From an uncultured Candidatus Peribacteria bacterium (GTDB lineage Bacteria; Patescibacteriota; Gracilibacteria; UBA1369; GCA-2718715): a stretch of 64,000 bases of DNA. Position numbers and translations under genes: made by a program. This document shows, one piece after another, positions 39,818 to 49,206 of this stretch (positions within the stretch are counted from its first letter, which is position 1; each line of letters begins with the position of its first letter). The notes beneath the pieces were generated by a model. The model made no database searches. It was not told the DNA's origin and saw only the letters and a list, made by a program, of their open reading frames with translations. Location: the NCBI GenBank assembly GCA_964451705.1, contig CAYVIV010000001.1, forward strand, positions 62,807 through 126,806. Direction: 5' to 3'.

Positions 39818-39888
39818 AGTTTTTTTTAAATTATCATAGACAATAATCTTTCTTTTTGCTATTTTTATTTTACTTTTAGACACTTTAT

Positions 39889-39975
39889 GCCGAAGTGGCG
39901 GAATTGGTAGACGCGCGGGTCTCAAAAACCCGTTCAGGCAACTGAGTGAGGGTTCGATTCCCTCCTTCGGCACCA
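39889..39975 (+). tRNA. tRNA-Leu (anticodon CAA), CCA encoded
   Basis: I folded it by hand. Acceptor GCCGAAG/CTTCGGC; D arm GCG-GAATTGGTAGA-CGC; anticodon arm CGGGT-CTCAAAA-ACCCG (anticodon CAA); long variable arm TCAG-GCAA-CTGA; T arm GAGGG-TTCGATT-CCCTC; then ACCA. Confidence 0.9.
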
Positions 39976-40011
39976 TATAGTGTTTTTAACTGTGCCTTTT
40001 ATAGATATTGC

Positions 40012-40039
40012 TTGACAGAACTCGGGATTGTGATAGAAT
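40012..40039 (+). promoter_or_regulatory. Putative promoter (TTGACA, 16-nt spacer, TGaTAGAAT) for the Tyr/Asn-rich protein gene
   Basis: A consensus -35 TTGACA is at 40012-40017. The extended -10 TGaTAGAAT ends at 40039, 20 nt before the ATG. Confidence 0.45.
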
Positions 40040-40059
40040 CTTGGTAATTAATCAACAAT

Positions 40060-40419
40060 ATGTATAAATTCATAGTTTCAGCACTTATCTTTCTTTTGTT
40101 TCCAGCCACTACTTTGGCAGCGCTTGTTCCAGATAGGACTGTGAATCTTAATTCATATCGATGTGGATACTACTCTTGTGGATATAGTCGGACTTATAGT
40201 CTAACTCCTTCACCTAATGTACCTGTGCAGATTCGTGAGAATGGGCTTGTAAACTACAGATTTTTACCTTTTTATACCAACCCAAATATTGCTTTTAATA
40301 ACCGATCTGACTATCTACGTTATCAAAAACGCAGATATAACTACTATAATAATTACTATAATAGTTATTACAATCGTTACTACAATGGTTACCGTGCTAA
40401 CTATGGCTATAGTTACTAG
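40060..40419 (+). CDS. Small secreted Tyr/Asn-rich low-complexity protein
   Basis: 119 aa. It has a signal peptide (MYKFIVSALIFLLFPATTLA) and the tail RRYNYYNNYYNSYYNRYYNGYRANYGYSY. Confidence 0.55.
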   Translation: MYKFIVSALIFLLFPATTLAALVPDRTVNLNSYRCGYYSCGYSRTYSLTPSPNVPVQIRENGLVNYRFLPFYTNPNIAFNNRSDYLRYQKRRYNYYNNYYNSYYNRYYNGYRANYGYSY

Positions 40420-42413
40420 TCTAGTTGGAATTGTTTAAGTCGTTTTTGTCTGTTCTTACTAATTGCAAAGCGATGGGCTTCGTTACGTAGTCTTTGAATT
40501 AGCTGTAATGACTTTGAGCTATTTGCAAGCAAAACTCTAGTTTTGTCTGCTTTAAAGATTTCCTCTAGACGTTTGGCAATGCTAATAAATTCAATTTGCG
40601 TTCCGAGTTGCTTTTGAGCTTTGAGTGCAGCAGATAGTTGGCCTTTGCCGCCATCTATGACAATCAGATCTGGAACCTTTGCAAACGAAGTATCTTTATT
40701 GATTTGATAGCTGTATAAGGCATGTTTATGCTCCGATTTGACTGCTTTAAAGCCTAAATCAACCAATTGCTCTGTTAGTTTAGCGGGATAGTAGACTTTT
40801 TTAAGTTTGTGTTTTTCGATGGTTTTATAGATAAGTTGCTTTAAGACAGCTAGCTTTTTTGTTGGGTTATCTATTTTTATGATTTTTATTTGATGTGTTT
40901 TGATAAATTCAAATTTTAACTCGGCTATTTGTTTCTTATCTTTCCTTATGCTGGTGCTTTCATCTTGGTACTTAGATCTATAGGAACTGTCTAACTTGCA
41001 AAGATATTTGAGCCTTCTTAAAAGCACTTCGTTTATTGATGCAAAATCATCTATTTTATTATCTACTAAGGATTTGATGTTAAACTGCCTATAATCTTGT
41101 TTTTTGGCTTGTCCATTTTCAAAAACCACCATACTGGCTACTGTATTGCTGCCGCCCAGATGTGAAATATCGTAACACTCAATGCGTTTTGGCAGTTTTG
41201 TGAGTTTTAGGTCTTTTTTAAGCATTTTCAAAACTATTTCGGCTTGTTTTGGGTCTGTTTGCAGTTGTTTTCTCTCTTGTGACTCTGCAAGCAGCTTGGC
41301 ATTTTTTTTAGATAAATTTAACAAATTAAGCTTATTACCTCTAGCTGGATTCGTAATAGATATATTTTTAGCAGACAGTTCATATAGTAAGTCTTTAAGC
41401 TGTTTTGTGTTGTCTAAGCTAATGTCTGTGATGATTTCTTTCGGAAAGTCTGCCGAGGCACTGTAATACTGGCTCACAAAGGATGATAATATTTGCCCAT
41501 CTGTTAGCTGGCTGAGTTTGCTTGCCATAATGTGGTGGCTGGTTTCTATGAGTTTACCAGCTCGAATTTTTAGCAAATGGATTAAGACAGTATTGCTGCA
41601 AGGCACGCAGCTAATAACATCTAGGTTATCATCTAGTTTGGTAGAGGTGATTTTTTGCTTCTCGGAAAGCTTTTGCAGGTAGAATAAGGTGTCACGTAGT
41701 TTAGCTGCAGACTCAAAATTTTTGTCTTCGGCGGCTTTTTGCATAAGCATAGAAACATGTGCTTGGATTTGCTGGTATTTGCCTTTAAACAAGTCAATTA
41801 TGAATTCTATGATTTCATTCTGCTCCTCTACAGATAAATCGCTTATACAAGGACTATGGCTTGTATCTAACTGTTTTATTTGGCAGATACTTTTAGCTAA
41901 CTGAGCCTTTGAGGCAGCGTTTTTCTTGAGTATTTCCACATGTAGCTGGCAATTGCCAAGGTTTAAGACTTTATTAAGTATAGATATAGGTTGGGTAATA
42001 GCCAGATTGCTAGTTTTGGGACCAATATAAATTGCCTTGTCTTTGAGTATTTTGCGGACTATGTAAAGTTTTGGTGTTGGTTCTTTGGTGATTTTTAAAT
42101 AGCAGAAGTTTTTGTCGTCTTTCATGAGAATATTGTACTTTGGCCGGAGTTCTTTAATTAAGTTAGTTTCCAACAGGTAGGCTTCTAACTCAGTATCGAC
42201 AACTGTTGTTTTGATATCTTGAATTTTTTTAAGCATTACCAGGTTCTTGACTGAATGCTTGGTAGACTTGGCAAAATAGCTAGAGACTCTGTTTTTAAGG
42301 TTTTTGGCCTTGCCGACATAGATAATCTGTTGATCTTCGTTAATAAACTGGTAGACGCCAGGTTTTTTCTCGATATTTTTGAGTATTTTTTGTATTGTTT
42401 TACTATCTAGCAT
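40416..42413 (-). CDS. uvrC: Excinuclease ABC subunit C
   Basis: 665 aa. It has the GIY-YIG motif (GVYQFINEDQQIIYVGKAKNLKNRVSSYF), a UVR domain (FESAAKLRD) and the C-terminal endonuclease with IVIDGGKGQ. Confidence 0.95.
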   Translation of the reverse strand: MLDSKTIQKILKNIEKKPGVYQFINEDQQIIYVGKAKNLKNRVSSYFAKSTKHSVKNLVMLKKIQDIKTTVVDTELEAYLLETNLIKELRPKYNILMKDDKNFCYLKITKEPTPKLYIVRKILKDKAIYIGPKTSNLAITQPISILNKVLNLGNCQLHVEILKKNAASKAQLAKSICQIKQLDTSHSPCISDLSVEEQNEIIEFIIDLFKGKYQQIQAHVSMLMQKAAEDKNFESAAKLRDTLFYLQKLSEKQKITSTKLDDNLDVISCVPCSNTVLIHLLKIRAGKLIETSHHIMASKLSQLTDGQILSSFVSQYYSASADFPKEIITDISLDNTKQLKDLLYELSAKNISITNPARGNKLNLLNLSKKNAKLLAESQERKQLQTDPKQAEIVLKMLKKDLKLTKLPKRIECYDISHLGGSNTVASMVVFENGQAKKQDYRQFNIKSLVDNKIDDFASINEVLLRRLKYLCKLDSSYRSKYQDESTSIRKDKKQIAELKFEFIKTHQIKIIKIDNPTKKLAVLKQLIYKTIEKHKLKKVYYPAKLTEQLVDLGFKAVKSEHKHALYSYQINKDTSFAKVPDLIVIDGGKGQLSAALKAQKQLGTQIEFISIAKRLEEIFKADKTRVLLANSSKSLQLIQRLRNEAHRFAISKNRQKRLKQFQLD

Positions 42414-42422
42414 ATCTCATGT

Positions 42423-43307
42423 ATGAAATTTGAATCTGATATTAAAGCTCTATTTTTTCGTAACTTTTTTGGATACTTAGTACCTAGTAGTTGTTTGAAC
42501 AAGGCTTTCTTAGATTATATGCGCAAAGACTCAAAAATCCAAAGCTTTCAGGGACAAATTGCCTTAACTTGCTTTAATTTAGATGATTTGCAGTTATTTG
42601 ATGAAGTAAATTACAAGAAACTTACACAAGAAGCTCAACAAATATCAAAGTTTTTAAAAAGCTGTCCAGGTATAGTGGCCTTTAGTATTTGCAATAGTAT
42701 TGCTCTTAAGACTTGCAATCAGGACTCAGATATAGATTTTTTTATTATATGTGATCCCCAATTGCTATTTGTAGCACGTTTAAGAGTTATGTTTTACTTA
42801 AAATCCAAAGCCTTGTTACCTAAAGTCTGTCCAAGCTTTTGGATTAGCACCAAGGCTCTCGATTTATCTGCTATAAGATTAAAAAACGATATTTATTTAG
42901 AGCACTGGCTTAACTCCCTTGCTTTTGAGACAAGTTTTAAGGCAATTTTAGGTGGTTTTAATAAGTTAAATAGCTCCAAGGCTACTCTTAAATCTGTTTA
43001 TAGCTTGTCTAAGCCATGGTATTCAGCTGTTTTAAAGCTTTTAAACCCTGTTTTAAGGCATTTACAGCTATTTAAGGCTCATAGAACTGCTAATAAATTA
43101 AAGTCGCTTAGAGCCTACTCTCAAGACTCCCCTGTAGCTTCTAGCACAGTTGCTTCTGGTATTTGCATTGAGCCTAATATGCTCAAGTTTCATATGAATG
43201 ATATCCGACCAGAGTTTAACCCTCTGTGTCTTCGGGAATATGATGCGTTTTTACAAGGTAATCGTGTAAAAACATACCAACAATACCGGCAAGTGGAATC
43301 GAAATAA
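42423..43307 (+). CDS. Hypothetical protein, possible minimal nucleotidyltransferase fold
   Basis: 294 aa. The only motif is FSICNSIALKTCNQDSDIDFFII, which resembles the GS...DxD of Pol-beta-type NTases. The call is weak. Confidence 0.35.
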   Translation: MKFESDIKALFFRNFFGYLVPSSCLNKAFLDYMRKDSKIQSFQGQIALTCFNLDDLQLFDEVNYKKLTQEAQQISKFLKSCPGIVAFSICNSIALKTCNQDSDIDFFIICDPQLLFVARLRVMFYLKSKALLPKVCPSFWISTKALDLSAIRLKNDIYLEHWLNSLAFETSFKAILGGFNKLNSSKATLKSVYSLSKPWYSAVLKLLNPVLRHLQLFKAHRTANKLKSLRAYSQDSPVASSTVASGICIEPNMLKFHMNDIRPEFNPLCLREYDAFLQGNRVKTYQQYRQVESK

Positions 43308-44448
43308 TCATTCCTAAAACTCCTTGAAATTTGTAACCTAAAATCATTGCTGTAATTACGACGATTGGGTGCAGCCCAGTGGCCTTTTTCATAATCATAG
43401 GCACCAGCAAGTTGTTTTCTAGTCTTTGGATAATAAAGTATAAAATACTGACTGCAACGACAGCAGACCAGCCCATGTTAAAGGCAATTGGTAATGTAGT
43501 TACCCAGGCTAAAATTGGCCCGACAACTGGTACTAACTCTGTAAACCCAGCAAATAAGGCCAGCGTAAATGCATACTTAATATCCAAGGCCACAAGTCCA
43601 ATATAGGTTAGAGTACCTACTGCTAGCATTTGTAGTACTTGGCCTTTAAGCCAATTACCGACCTTAGATTTAATTCGCTGTGATCGGTTTTCTATATAGG
43701 TTTGGTACTTGAGTGGAAATAATGAAATTATAAAGCGTTCTATGCTTTCGTGGTCAACTGTCATAAAGTAGGTTAAAACCAAAACCAAAATCGCATTCGC
43801 TAAACCATTAGAAATACTAATTATCAAATCGACAGCATTACCTGCAATAGAGCTCAAATTGCCTCCGGCTGTGAGCAGGTTTTTTTGGAGCGAACTTGTA
43901 ATTTGAGTATTAGATAGATTGGAAAAACTTTCTTGAATAGCAGGTTGGAAGGTTTGTAAGAACCGCGGCAGTTCTATAGATCCATCACTAAACTGGCTAA
44001 GTAGCTGTTGTGCGTGGAAGGCTAGGTCTACAAGCTCCATAGACAGAATTGGTATTAGGTTACCAACCATTAACGAAAGTGCTGTAATTAATACAACATA
44101 TATAATCAAGACAGAGACTCCCTTGGGAATTTTGTATTTTTGGAGTTTTTTTACAGATGGCACAAGTGCTGCTGCAAATAGATAGGAGAAAAATAGAATA
44201 AAGGCAATATCACGTACTTCATAAAAAACAAAGGCTGCTGCAAATAACCCAATGATTACTAGAGAGGCTTTGGCAACATCGTTCATAGGAATTTGGACAA
44301 TCCTTGTGGAGTCCTTTTTCTTAGTTGACTTTGGTGCCTTGATTTTAGCTGGTGCTGCAGTCTTTTCTGCAGTACTAGCCTCTAGTTTCTCTAGAGTTTT
44401 GAGGGCGAGTTTTTTTAGTTTTTTAAGCATAATATTAATATGAAACAA
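43216..44448 (-). CDS. AI-2E (PerM/UPF0118) family transporter
   Basis: 410 aa, polytopic. The conserved C-terminal half includes FTELVPVVGPILAW and RLENNLLVPMIMKKATGLHPIVVI. The start may be the Met 6 codons downstream (MLKKLKK). Confidence 0.8.
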   Translation of the reverse strand: MFHINIMLKKLKKLALKTLEKLEASTAEKTAAPAKIKAPKSTKKKDSTRIVQIPMNDVAKASLVIIGLFAAAFVFYEVRDIAFILFFSYLFAAALVPSVKKLQKYKIPKGVSVLIIYVVLITALSLMVGNLIPILSMELVDLAFHAQQLLSQFSDGSIELPRFLQTFQPAIQESFSNLSNTQITSSLQKNLLTAGGNLSSIAGNAVDLIISISNGLANAILVLVLTYFMTVDHESIERFIISLFPLKYQTYIENRSQRIKSKVGNWLKGQVLQMLAVGTLTYIGLVALDIKYAFTLALFAGFTELVPVVGPILAWVTTLPIAFNMGWSAVVAVSILYFIIQRLENNLLVPMIMKKATGLHPIVVITAMILGYKFQGVLGMIISIPLAGIVGMFLHDYLVKTHHIPEDTEG

Positions 44449-44962
44449 GTGTTTGCACTAAGTCTACAATCATCCAGCTACATAATGCTATTATTAAACC
44501 AAAAATTGCATTTTTGACTGTAGCTTTGGCTTTGGTGTCTTCTCCTTGGACCATGGCCAAGAAGTATTGATAACCACCCAAAACAATAAAGAGCATAGAT
44601 AGTACTCCGGCGAGTACACTTAGATTTTTAATTAAATAAACCACAAATGGTTTCCACATATACAATCGAATCCTTCCAGTGACTATGGCACAGCCCAATA
44701 AATCTGCTTCTGTTAACTCTTGATTCACTTTTGTTAAAGCCCATGCAAAGCGCTTATAGCTATTATATTGGTGACTTGTGAGGTTTTCACCACCATCATT
44801 GCTAGTGTTTTGGTAGGCTGTGTCGAAGCTTCTTAATTTCTTTAGGCAATTAGCTCTGGATTGGTCGGTTTTGGGAAGGACAGAAAAGTCCTGGGCAAAA
44901 ACTGATTGGCTTAAGCCGAGGAAAAGAGCTGTGAATATGAATAATTTGATGATTTTGGTCAT
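44435..44962 (-). CDS. Small secreted/membrane protein, VirB2/TrbC-like (T4SS-pilin-like) architecture
   Basis: 175 aa. A signal peptide (FTALFLGLSQSVFA) is followed by two C-terminal TM helices around a short polar loop (LAGVLSMLFIVLGGYQYFLAMVQGEDTKAKATVKNAIFGLIIALCSWMIV). Confidence 0.5.
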   Translation of the reverse strand: MTKIIKLFIFTALFLGLSQSVFAQDFSVLPKTDQSRANCLKKLRSFDTAYQNTSNDGGENLTSHQYNSYKRFAWALTKVNQELTEADLLGCAIVTGRIRLYMWKPFVVYLIKNLSVLAGVLSMLFIVLGGYQYFLAMVQGEDTKAKATVKNAIFGLIIALCSWMIVDLVQTLVSY

Positions 44963-45060
44963 TTTTGGGGATTTCTTGTTTTAATTATAGCATTTTTTTA
45001 TAGATTTTACTATACAAAAAGCAAATTTGGGTGTAAGCTTGCAATAAATTAATTTGGTAT

Positions 45061-46383
45061 ATGCTGGCTTCGGTAGCTATTATAGGAAAACCCAATACTG
45101 GTAAATCTACTTTGTTTAATAGGATTGTTGGCAAAAAGTCAGCAATAACCTTTGATAAAGCGGGTACAACTCGCGATAGAGTCTTTGAATTAGTTAGTCT
45201 CAAGAGTCGTCAGTTTTTGCTTGTAGATACCGCGGGACTCGATTTTGGTTCTAATGAAGACTTAGAATCAGACATTCGTACTCAGACAGAAATTGCTATT
45301 AACGAGTCGGATTTAATTTTGTTTGTTATAGATTTATCAAGACCTGTTTCTAGCGATGATTTTTTAGCAGCAAAAATTTTGCGGCAATCAGGCAAACCTG
45401 TTTTGTTAGTGGGTTCTAAGGCAGATAGAAAGGTCGACGAGTATTTTTATAGTTGTTTTGAGCTTGGGTTTGGAGAACCTTTGAGTTTATCTGCGATTCA
45501 AAATCGTGGCGTTGTCGAGCTAAATCAAGCTTTGAACAAGCAACTAAACGCTCTCAAATTACCAAAGTCCACAGAGACTTTCGATAGAGCCAACAGTATT
45601 TGTTTTTTGGGCAGACCAAATGTTGGAAAATCTTCACTTATGAATAGTTTAATGGGCAGCCAGAAGGTTATAGTTTCGGATATTCCGGGTACAACCCGTG
45701 ATAGTGTTAGTTTACCTTTTAAGTATCAAGAAACTAACTTTATGCTTACCGATACTGCTGGTATTCGTAAGCAAGGCAAGTTGAGATTTGATAGATTGGA
45801 AAAGTTTTCAGTAATTAGGAGCCTTAAGGCTTTAGAATATACCGATGTAGGGGTTTTAGTCATAGATGTGACCCAACAGCTTGCTAAGCAAGACTTAAGG
45901 GTCTCAGAGTATATTTTAGAGGCTAAGAAGGGTTTGGTGATTGTCTTGAACAAGGCAGATTTGATTCCACCGGAAAAAAAGAATATGTGGGTTAAGCTTT
46001 TGCAGTCTAGAATGCCCTATGCTTACTATGCACCTGTTATTTTCACCTCGGCACTCACTGGTACCAATGTCACTAAAATTCTAGATTTAGCTATTGATAT
46101 TAATAAGGAGCGCCGCAAAATGTTACCAACGCGTGAGCTTAACTACTTTTTAGAGCGCACAATTGATAAGCACCCACCTAAGATGGGCATTCGCTTTAAT
46201 TTTATTCAACAGGTTGATACCTGCCCTCCGACTTTTAATATCTTTGTCAATAAGCCCAAAGACCTACACTTTAGTTATAAGCGTTATATAGAAAATGCCA
46301 TCCGCGAGGAATATGGCTTTGAGGGTACGGCGATGACTTTGCGTTTTAAATCTAAGAATGATTTTAAAAAAGCATCTAAGTAA
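45061..46383 (+). CDS. der: Ribosome-associated GTPase Der/EngA
   Basis: 440 aa. It has two tandem GTPase domains (GKPNTGKST...DTAG...SKAD; GRPNVGKSS...DTAG...NKAD) plus a KH-like C-terminus. Confidence 0.95.
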   Translation: MLASVAIIGKPNTGKSTLFNRIVGKKSAITFDKAGTTRDRVFELVSLKSRQFLLVDTAGLDFGSNEDLESDIRTQTEIAINESDLILFVIDLSRPVSSDDFLAAKILRQSGKPVLLVGSKADRKVDEYFYSCFELGFGEPLSLSAIQNRGVVELNQALNKQLNALKLPKSTETFDRANSICFLGRPNVGKSSLMNSLMGSQKVIVSDIPGTTRDSVSLPFKYQETNFMLTDTAGIRKQGKLRFDRLEKFSVIRSLKALEYTDVGVLVIDVTQQLAKQDLRVSEYILEAKKGLVIVLNKADLIPPEKKNMWVKLLQSRMPYAYYAPVIFTSALTGTNVTKILDLAIDINKERRKMLPTRELNYFLERTIDKHPPKMGIRFNFIQQVDTCPPTFNIFVNKPKDLHFSYKRYIENAIREEYGFEGTAMTLRFKSKNDFKKASK

Positions 46384-46399
46384 CTAGATGCCTGAGTTC

Positions 46400-49075
46400 T
46401 TAGTAGAAGGTTACAAGCCCTTTACTGGAGGCTAGGTATAGAAATTCTATAATTTCTTGTCGTGTGATTTTTTGTGCAGGATTATATTCAGCTTGCAAGC
46501 TATTGAGGTTTTTAGCTAAAAAGTATTTTTTAGCGAAGTCAGTACCATTAGCTAGGTTTTTTACAATTTGAGCATATGGTAGGTACCACTGGCTTTGTGC
46601 ATTTAAAGGAGTGTCTTTAAATGGTTTGTCTTGAACGTAATAGTCTATACTTGTGTTTAGTTGAGTGTGACCACTGTGGTTAATGCTTTCTATAAACAAC
46701 TTGTAGAACTCAGCTCGAGATACTGCCTGGTTAGGTCTAAAACTATCATCCTTGTAACCCTTTAAAAGCGTTCTACCGACCTTGTTGGCATTAGTATTCT
46801 TATAGACTGGGCTTTTGAATAAAGTTGCCATGTAGGGCATGTACCAAGCCTGTGGTTGCAGGTCATAGAATCCAAACTGTTCGTCTAATTCTGGATTGTA
46901 GTTTTCTAATTTTAAATTATTAGTTTTTACAATTAGAGCTACAGCTTCGGATCTTTTTAAAACATTATTTGGTCTGTAATACTGAGATTCAGAAATGATT
47001 TTTTTGTCCAAAGCAAAATCAGCTGCCTGGCATAGGTAGCTATCGGCTGGTATATCTAAAAATTTTCCACATGTATATTTTGCTCTTGAGCTAAAACCTA
47101 AAAAGGCCAACTGGCCTTTTGTAGATTCTTTATAGTCTCTTACGAGTGATGCTATTTGCGTCTCATAAATATTTGAGGAATATTCGTTGTGACTTATATA
47201 AAAACTTGTCATATCTGCATCTATACTTGTTGGGGTAACTGCAGTCACTCTAATCTGATATTCACCGTCTGTTAGATTGCGACTAGTAAACTCCCCTACT
47301 TCGTAATGAAAGCCACCTGTAACGACGCGATTTTTGAAGATAGTTTTAACTACTTTAGAGTCTTGAACTATTTCAGCAGTAACAGTAGCTTTGTTTTTTG
47401 AATTAAAAGAGATAAATGTTTTGGCAGTATTTGTAAGTACTTTTGGATTTACAGATAACTGTGTAATTAATGATTCATCAATTACTTGTTTTCTCTCTAA
47501 AACATTCGCAGGCACTACATATGTAGTTTTAAACTTTTGTGTAGTAGCCTTTGGAGTTGATGGAGTTTTCTTAACTGTTGTTTTTGGCATGTAAAGTCTT
47601 TGTACTGTTACTGTGTCATTAAGAACAGTCTTGTTGTTTGCTGTGTCGTATAAAGTAATTGCAACTGAATACTCACCAGCAGAAACTTTATCGCCTAATG
47701 TGTTTTTACCATTCCAAGTAATTGTTTGATTTTGAGATAAGACATTATTGTATTTTTTATTGTAGACAGTAGTCTTAGCTTTTTTGTTTACAATTTTCAC
47801 TTCTAAATCTTTGTACTGAGTTAAGTTAGTTAGGTTCACACCAAACTGAACTTTTTCGTTTCTGTCTGTATTAATAACGTCAAATGATTTTGTGAAACCT
47901 AATTCAGCTTTAAGGTTACTTGTTGCAATCTGTTTTTTGGCTTTAGCACTAAGTCTTGCTGCTCTAAATTGTGCAGGTGCTTCTGGTCTTTGAATCTGAG
48001 AAGCAGAGCTTACACCACGTGCTTGCAAGTTAAATGCTAAGTTAGCTTGATTTGTTGAGTTATTTTTTAGGATAATTGTTTGACTCTTAGTACCAAGCGA
48101 AGTTGCATTAAAAGTAATTTTTATATTAGCAACTTGATTAGCTGCAAGAGTTGTTGGATATGTAATTTTGAAATCACCTTGTTTTAGTTTTGCAGGCATT
48201 TGATACTTTCTTTTAGCTTCAAATGTTACTGGCTTATTGCTTAGGTTTTTAACTTGAACCTGTTGCATAACTTGAGTACCTACTAGGTTTGCTCCTAAAT
48301 CAAGAGTAGATTGAGAAACTTCGATTTGTCCATACTCAGTATTTGCCTGTGCACCTTGAGATGATCCTGTAATTTGAGTAAATAAATAGCTCTTCTTGTA
48401 GTCTGTAGTAGTTATAGCAAGTGTTGCTTTGCTAAGCTTTTTCTTTTTTGGTTTAAAGACAAATGTAATTTCTAGAGTTTCCCCGGCTTTAATAGTGCCA
48501 GGAATTCTCTCTTTCAAACTAATTGCTCCAGATGGAACTTGGTTTGTAGAAAGTTTTACATCGTAATCATTTGTGTTTGTAAGTTGAATACTAGTTTCAG
48601 AAACAGAACCAACTGGAGTTTTCTCTAACTTTACTTTGTTTGTAGAAAACTGTAGACCTTCGTTTGTAAGTTTCTTTTTTGTAAATCCTCTAAGTTGGAT
48701 AGTTTTTAGCTCTCCAGTGGATTCTAGTTGTAGTTGTAGTAAATCACTAAACTCCCCTTCGCCTGTAGCATGGTAGCTAATTGCTAGGGTTTTAGTTGAT
48801 TGTGCTAGTAACACAATTGGACTTGAATTACTAATAGAAAATGGAGCACTTACATTGGATACAACCATTACCTTTTCTGTGGTAGCACCTGTGTTTTCAA
48901 TGATAATTTCTCTAGTTTCTGTGTTATCCTTAGTCGTTAAAAAGTTAACGATTTCAGAATCTGGGTAAACTTTTATGTTTGAGTTTGTAGCAAACTCAGA
49001 TGCACTTACAAAGTTAGGTATAAGCAACGCAAACATTGTAAAGACACTTAATATTTTCTTAATTTTTGTAAACAT
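46400..49075 (-). CDS. Secreted surface protein: three PapD/ASH-like Ig domains, two FlgD-Ig-like domains and three C-terminal SLH domains
   Basis: 891 aa with a signal peptide (FALLIPNFVSASEF). Repeated beta-sandwich modules are present (IIIENTGATTEKV...; IQLTNTNDYDV...; VQVKNLSNKPV...), as are TWNGKNTLGDKVSAGEYSV (FlgD-Ig-like) modules. The SLH signatures include LKGYKDDSFRPNQAVSRAEFYKLF. Confidence 0.75.
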   Translation of the reverse strand: MFTKIKKILSVFTMFALLIPNFVSASEFATNSNIKVYPDSEIVNFLTTKDNTETREIIIENTGATTEKVMVVSNVSAPFSISNSSPIVLLAQSTKTLAISYHATGEGEFSDLLQLQLESTGELKTIQLRGFTKKKLTNEGLQFSTNKVKLEKTPVGSVSETSIQLTNTNDYDVKLSTNQVPSGAISLKERIPGTIKAGETLEITFVFKPKKKKLSKATLAITTTDYKKSYLFTQITGSSQGAQANTEYGQIEVSQSTLDLGANLVGTQVMQQVQVKNLSNKPVTFEAKRKYQMPAKLKQGDFKITYPTTLAANQVANIKITFNATSLGTKSQTIILKNNSTNQANLAFNLQARGVSSASQIQRPEAPAQFRAARLSAKAKKQIATSNLKAELGFTKSFDVINTDRNEKVQFGVNLTNLTQYKDLEVKIVNKKAKTTVYNKKYNNVLSQNQTITWNGKNTLGDKVSAGEYSVAITLYDTANNKTVLNDTVTVQRLYMPKTTVKKTPSTPKATTQKFKTTYVVPANVLERKQVIDESLITQLSVNPKVLTNTAKTFISFNSKNKATVTAEIVQDSKVVKTIFKNRVVTGGFHYEVGEFTSRNLTDGEYQIRVTAVTPTSIDADMTSFYISHNEYSSNIYETQIASLVRDYKESTKGQLAFLGFSSRAKYTCGKFLDIPADSYLCQAADFALDKKIISESQYYRPNNVLKRSEAVALIVKTNNLKLENYNPELDEQFGFYDLQPQAWYMPYMATLFKSPVYKNTNANKVGRTLLKGYKDDSFRPNQAVSRAEFYKLFIESINHSGHTQLNTSIDYYVQDKPFKDTPLNAQSQWYLPYAQIVKNLANGTDFAKKYFLAKNLNSLQAEYNPAQKITRQEIIEFLYLASSKGLVTFY

Positions 49076-49105
49076 TTTTGGGTGGTTAATTTAAATTAAG
49101 ATGCT

Positions 49106-49134
49106 ACTTTAGCTTTAAACTTTAATTTTGTCAA
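49106..49134 (-). promoter_or_regulatory. Putative promoter of the 891-aa SLH gene (TTGACA, 17-nt spacer, TAAAGT)
   Basis: On the minus strand, TTGACA is at 49134-49129 and TAAAGT is at 49111-49106. The start codon lies about 30 nt downstream. Confidence 0.45.
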
Positions 49135-49206
49135 TATAAAAGCTTAGGAATTGGAAATTCCGTAGGCCAGGCATTTATTATTCAATTAAGGTACAGTGAG
49201 TGGTAA

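Noticed and set aside
39818-39976. N-terminal 53-codon extension of the 567-aa track ORF (MVPKEGIEPSLSCLNGFLRPARLPIPPLRH...)
   Set aside because: It is the antisense reading of tRNA-Leu(CAA) at 39889-39975. The membrane protein starts naturally at the internal ATG at 39817.
44985-45203. A 72-aa minus-strand ORF across the der start. Similar small ORFs occur at 26651-26866, 30627-30872 and 30781-30981.
   Set aside because: They overlap strongly supported genes or promoter regions, have no motifs and are short. They are likely chance ORFs.
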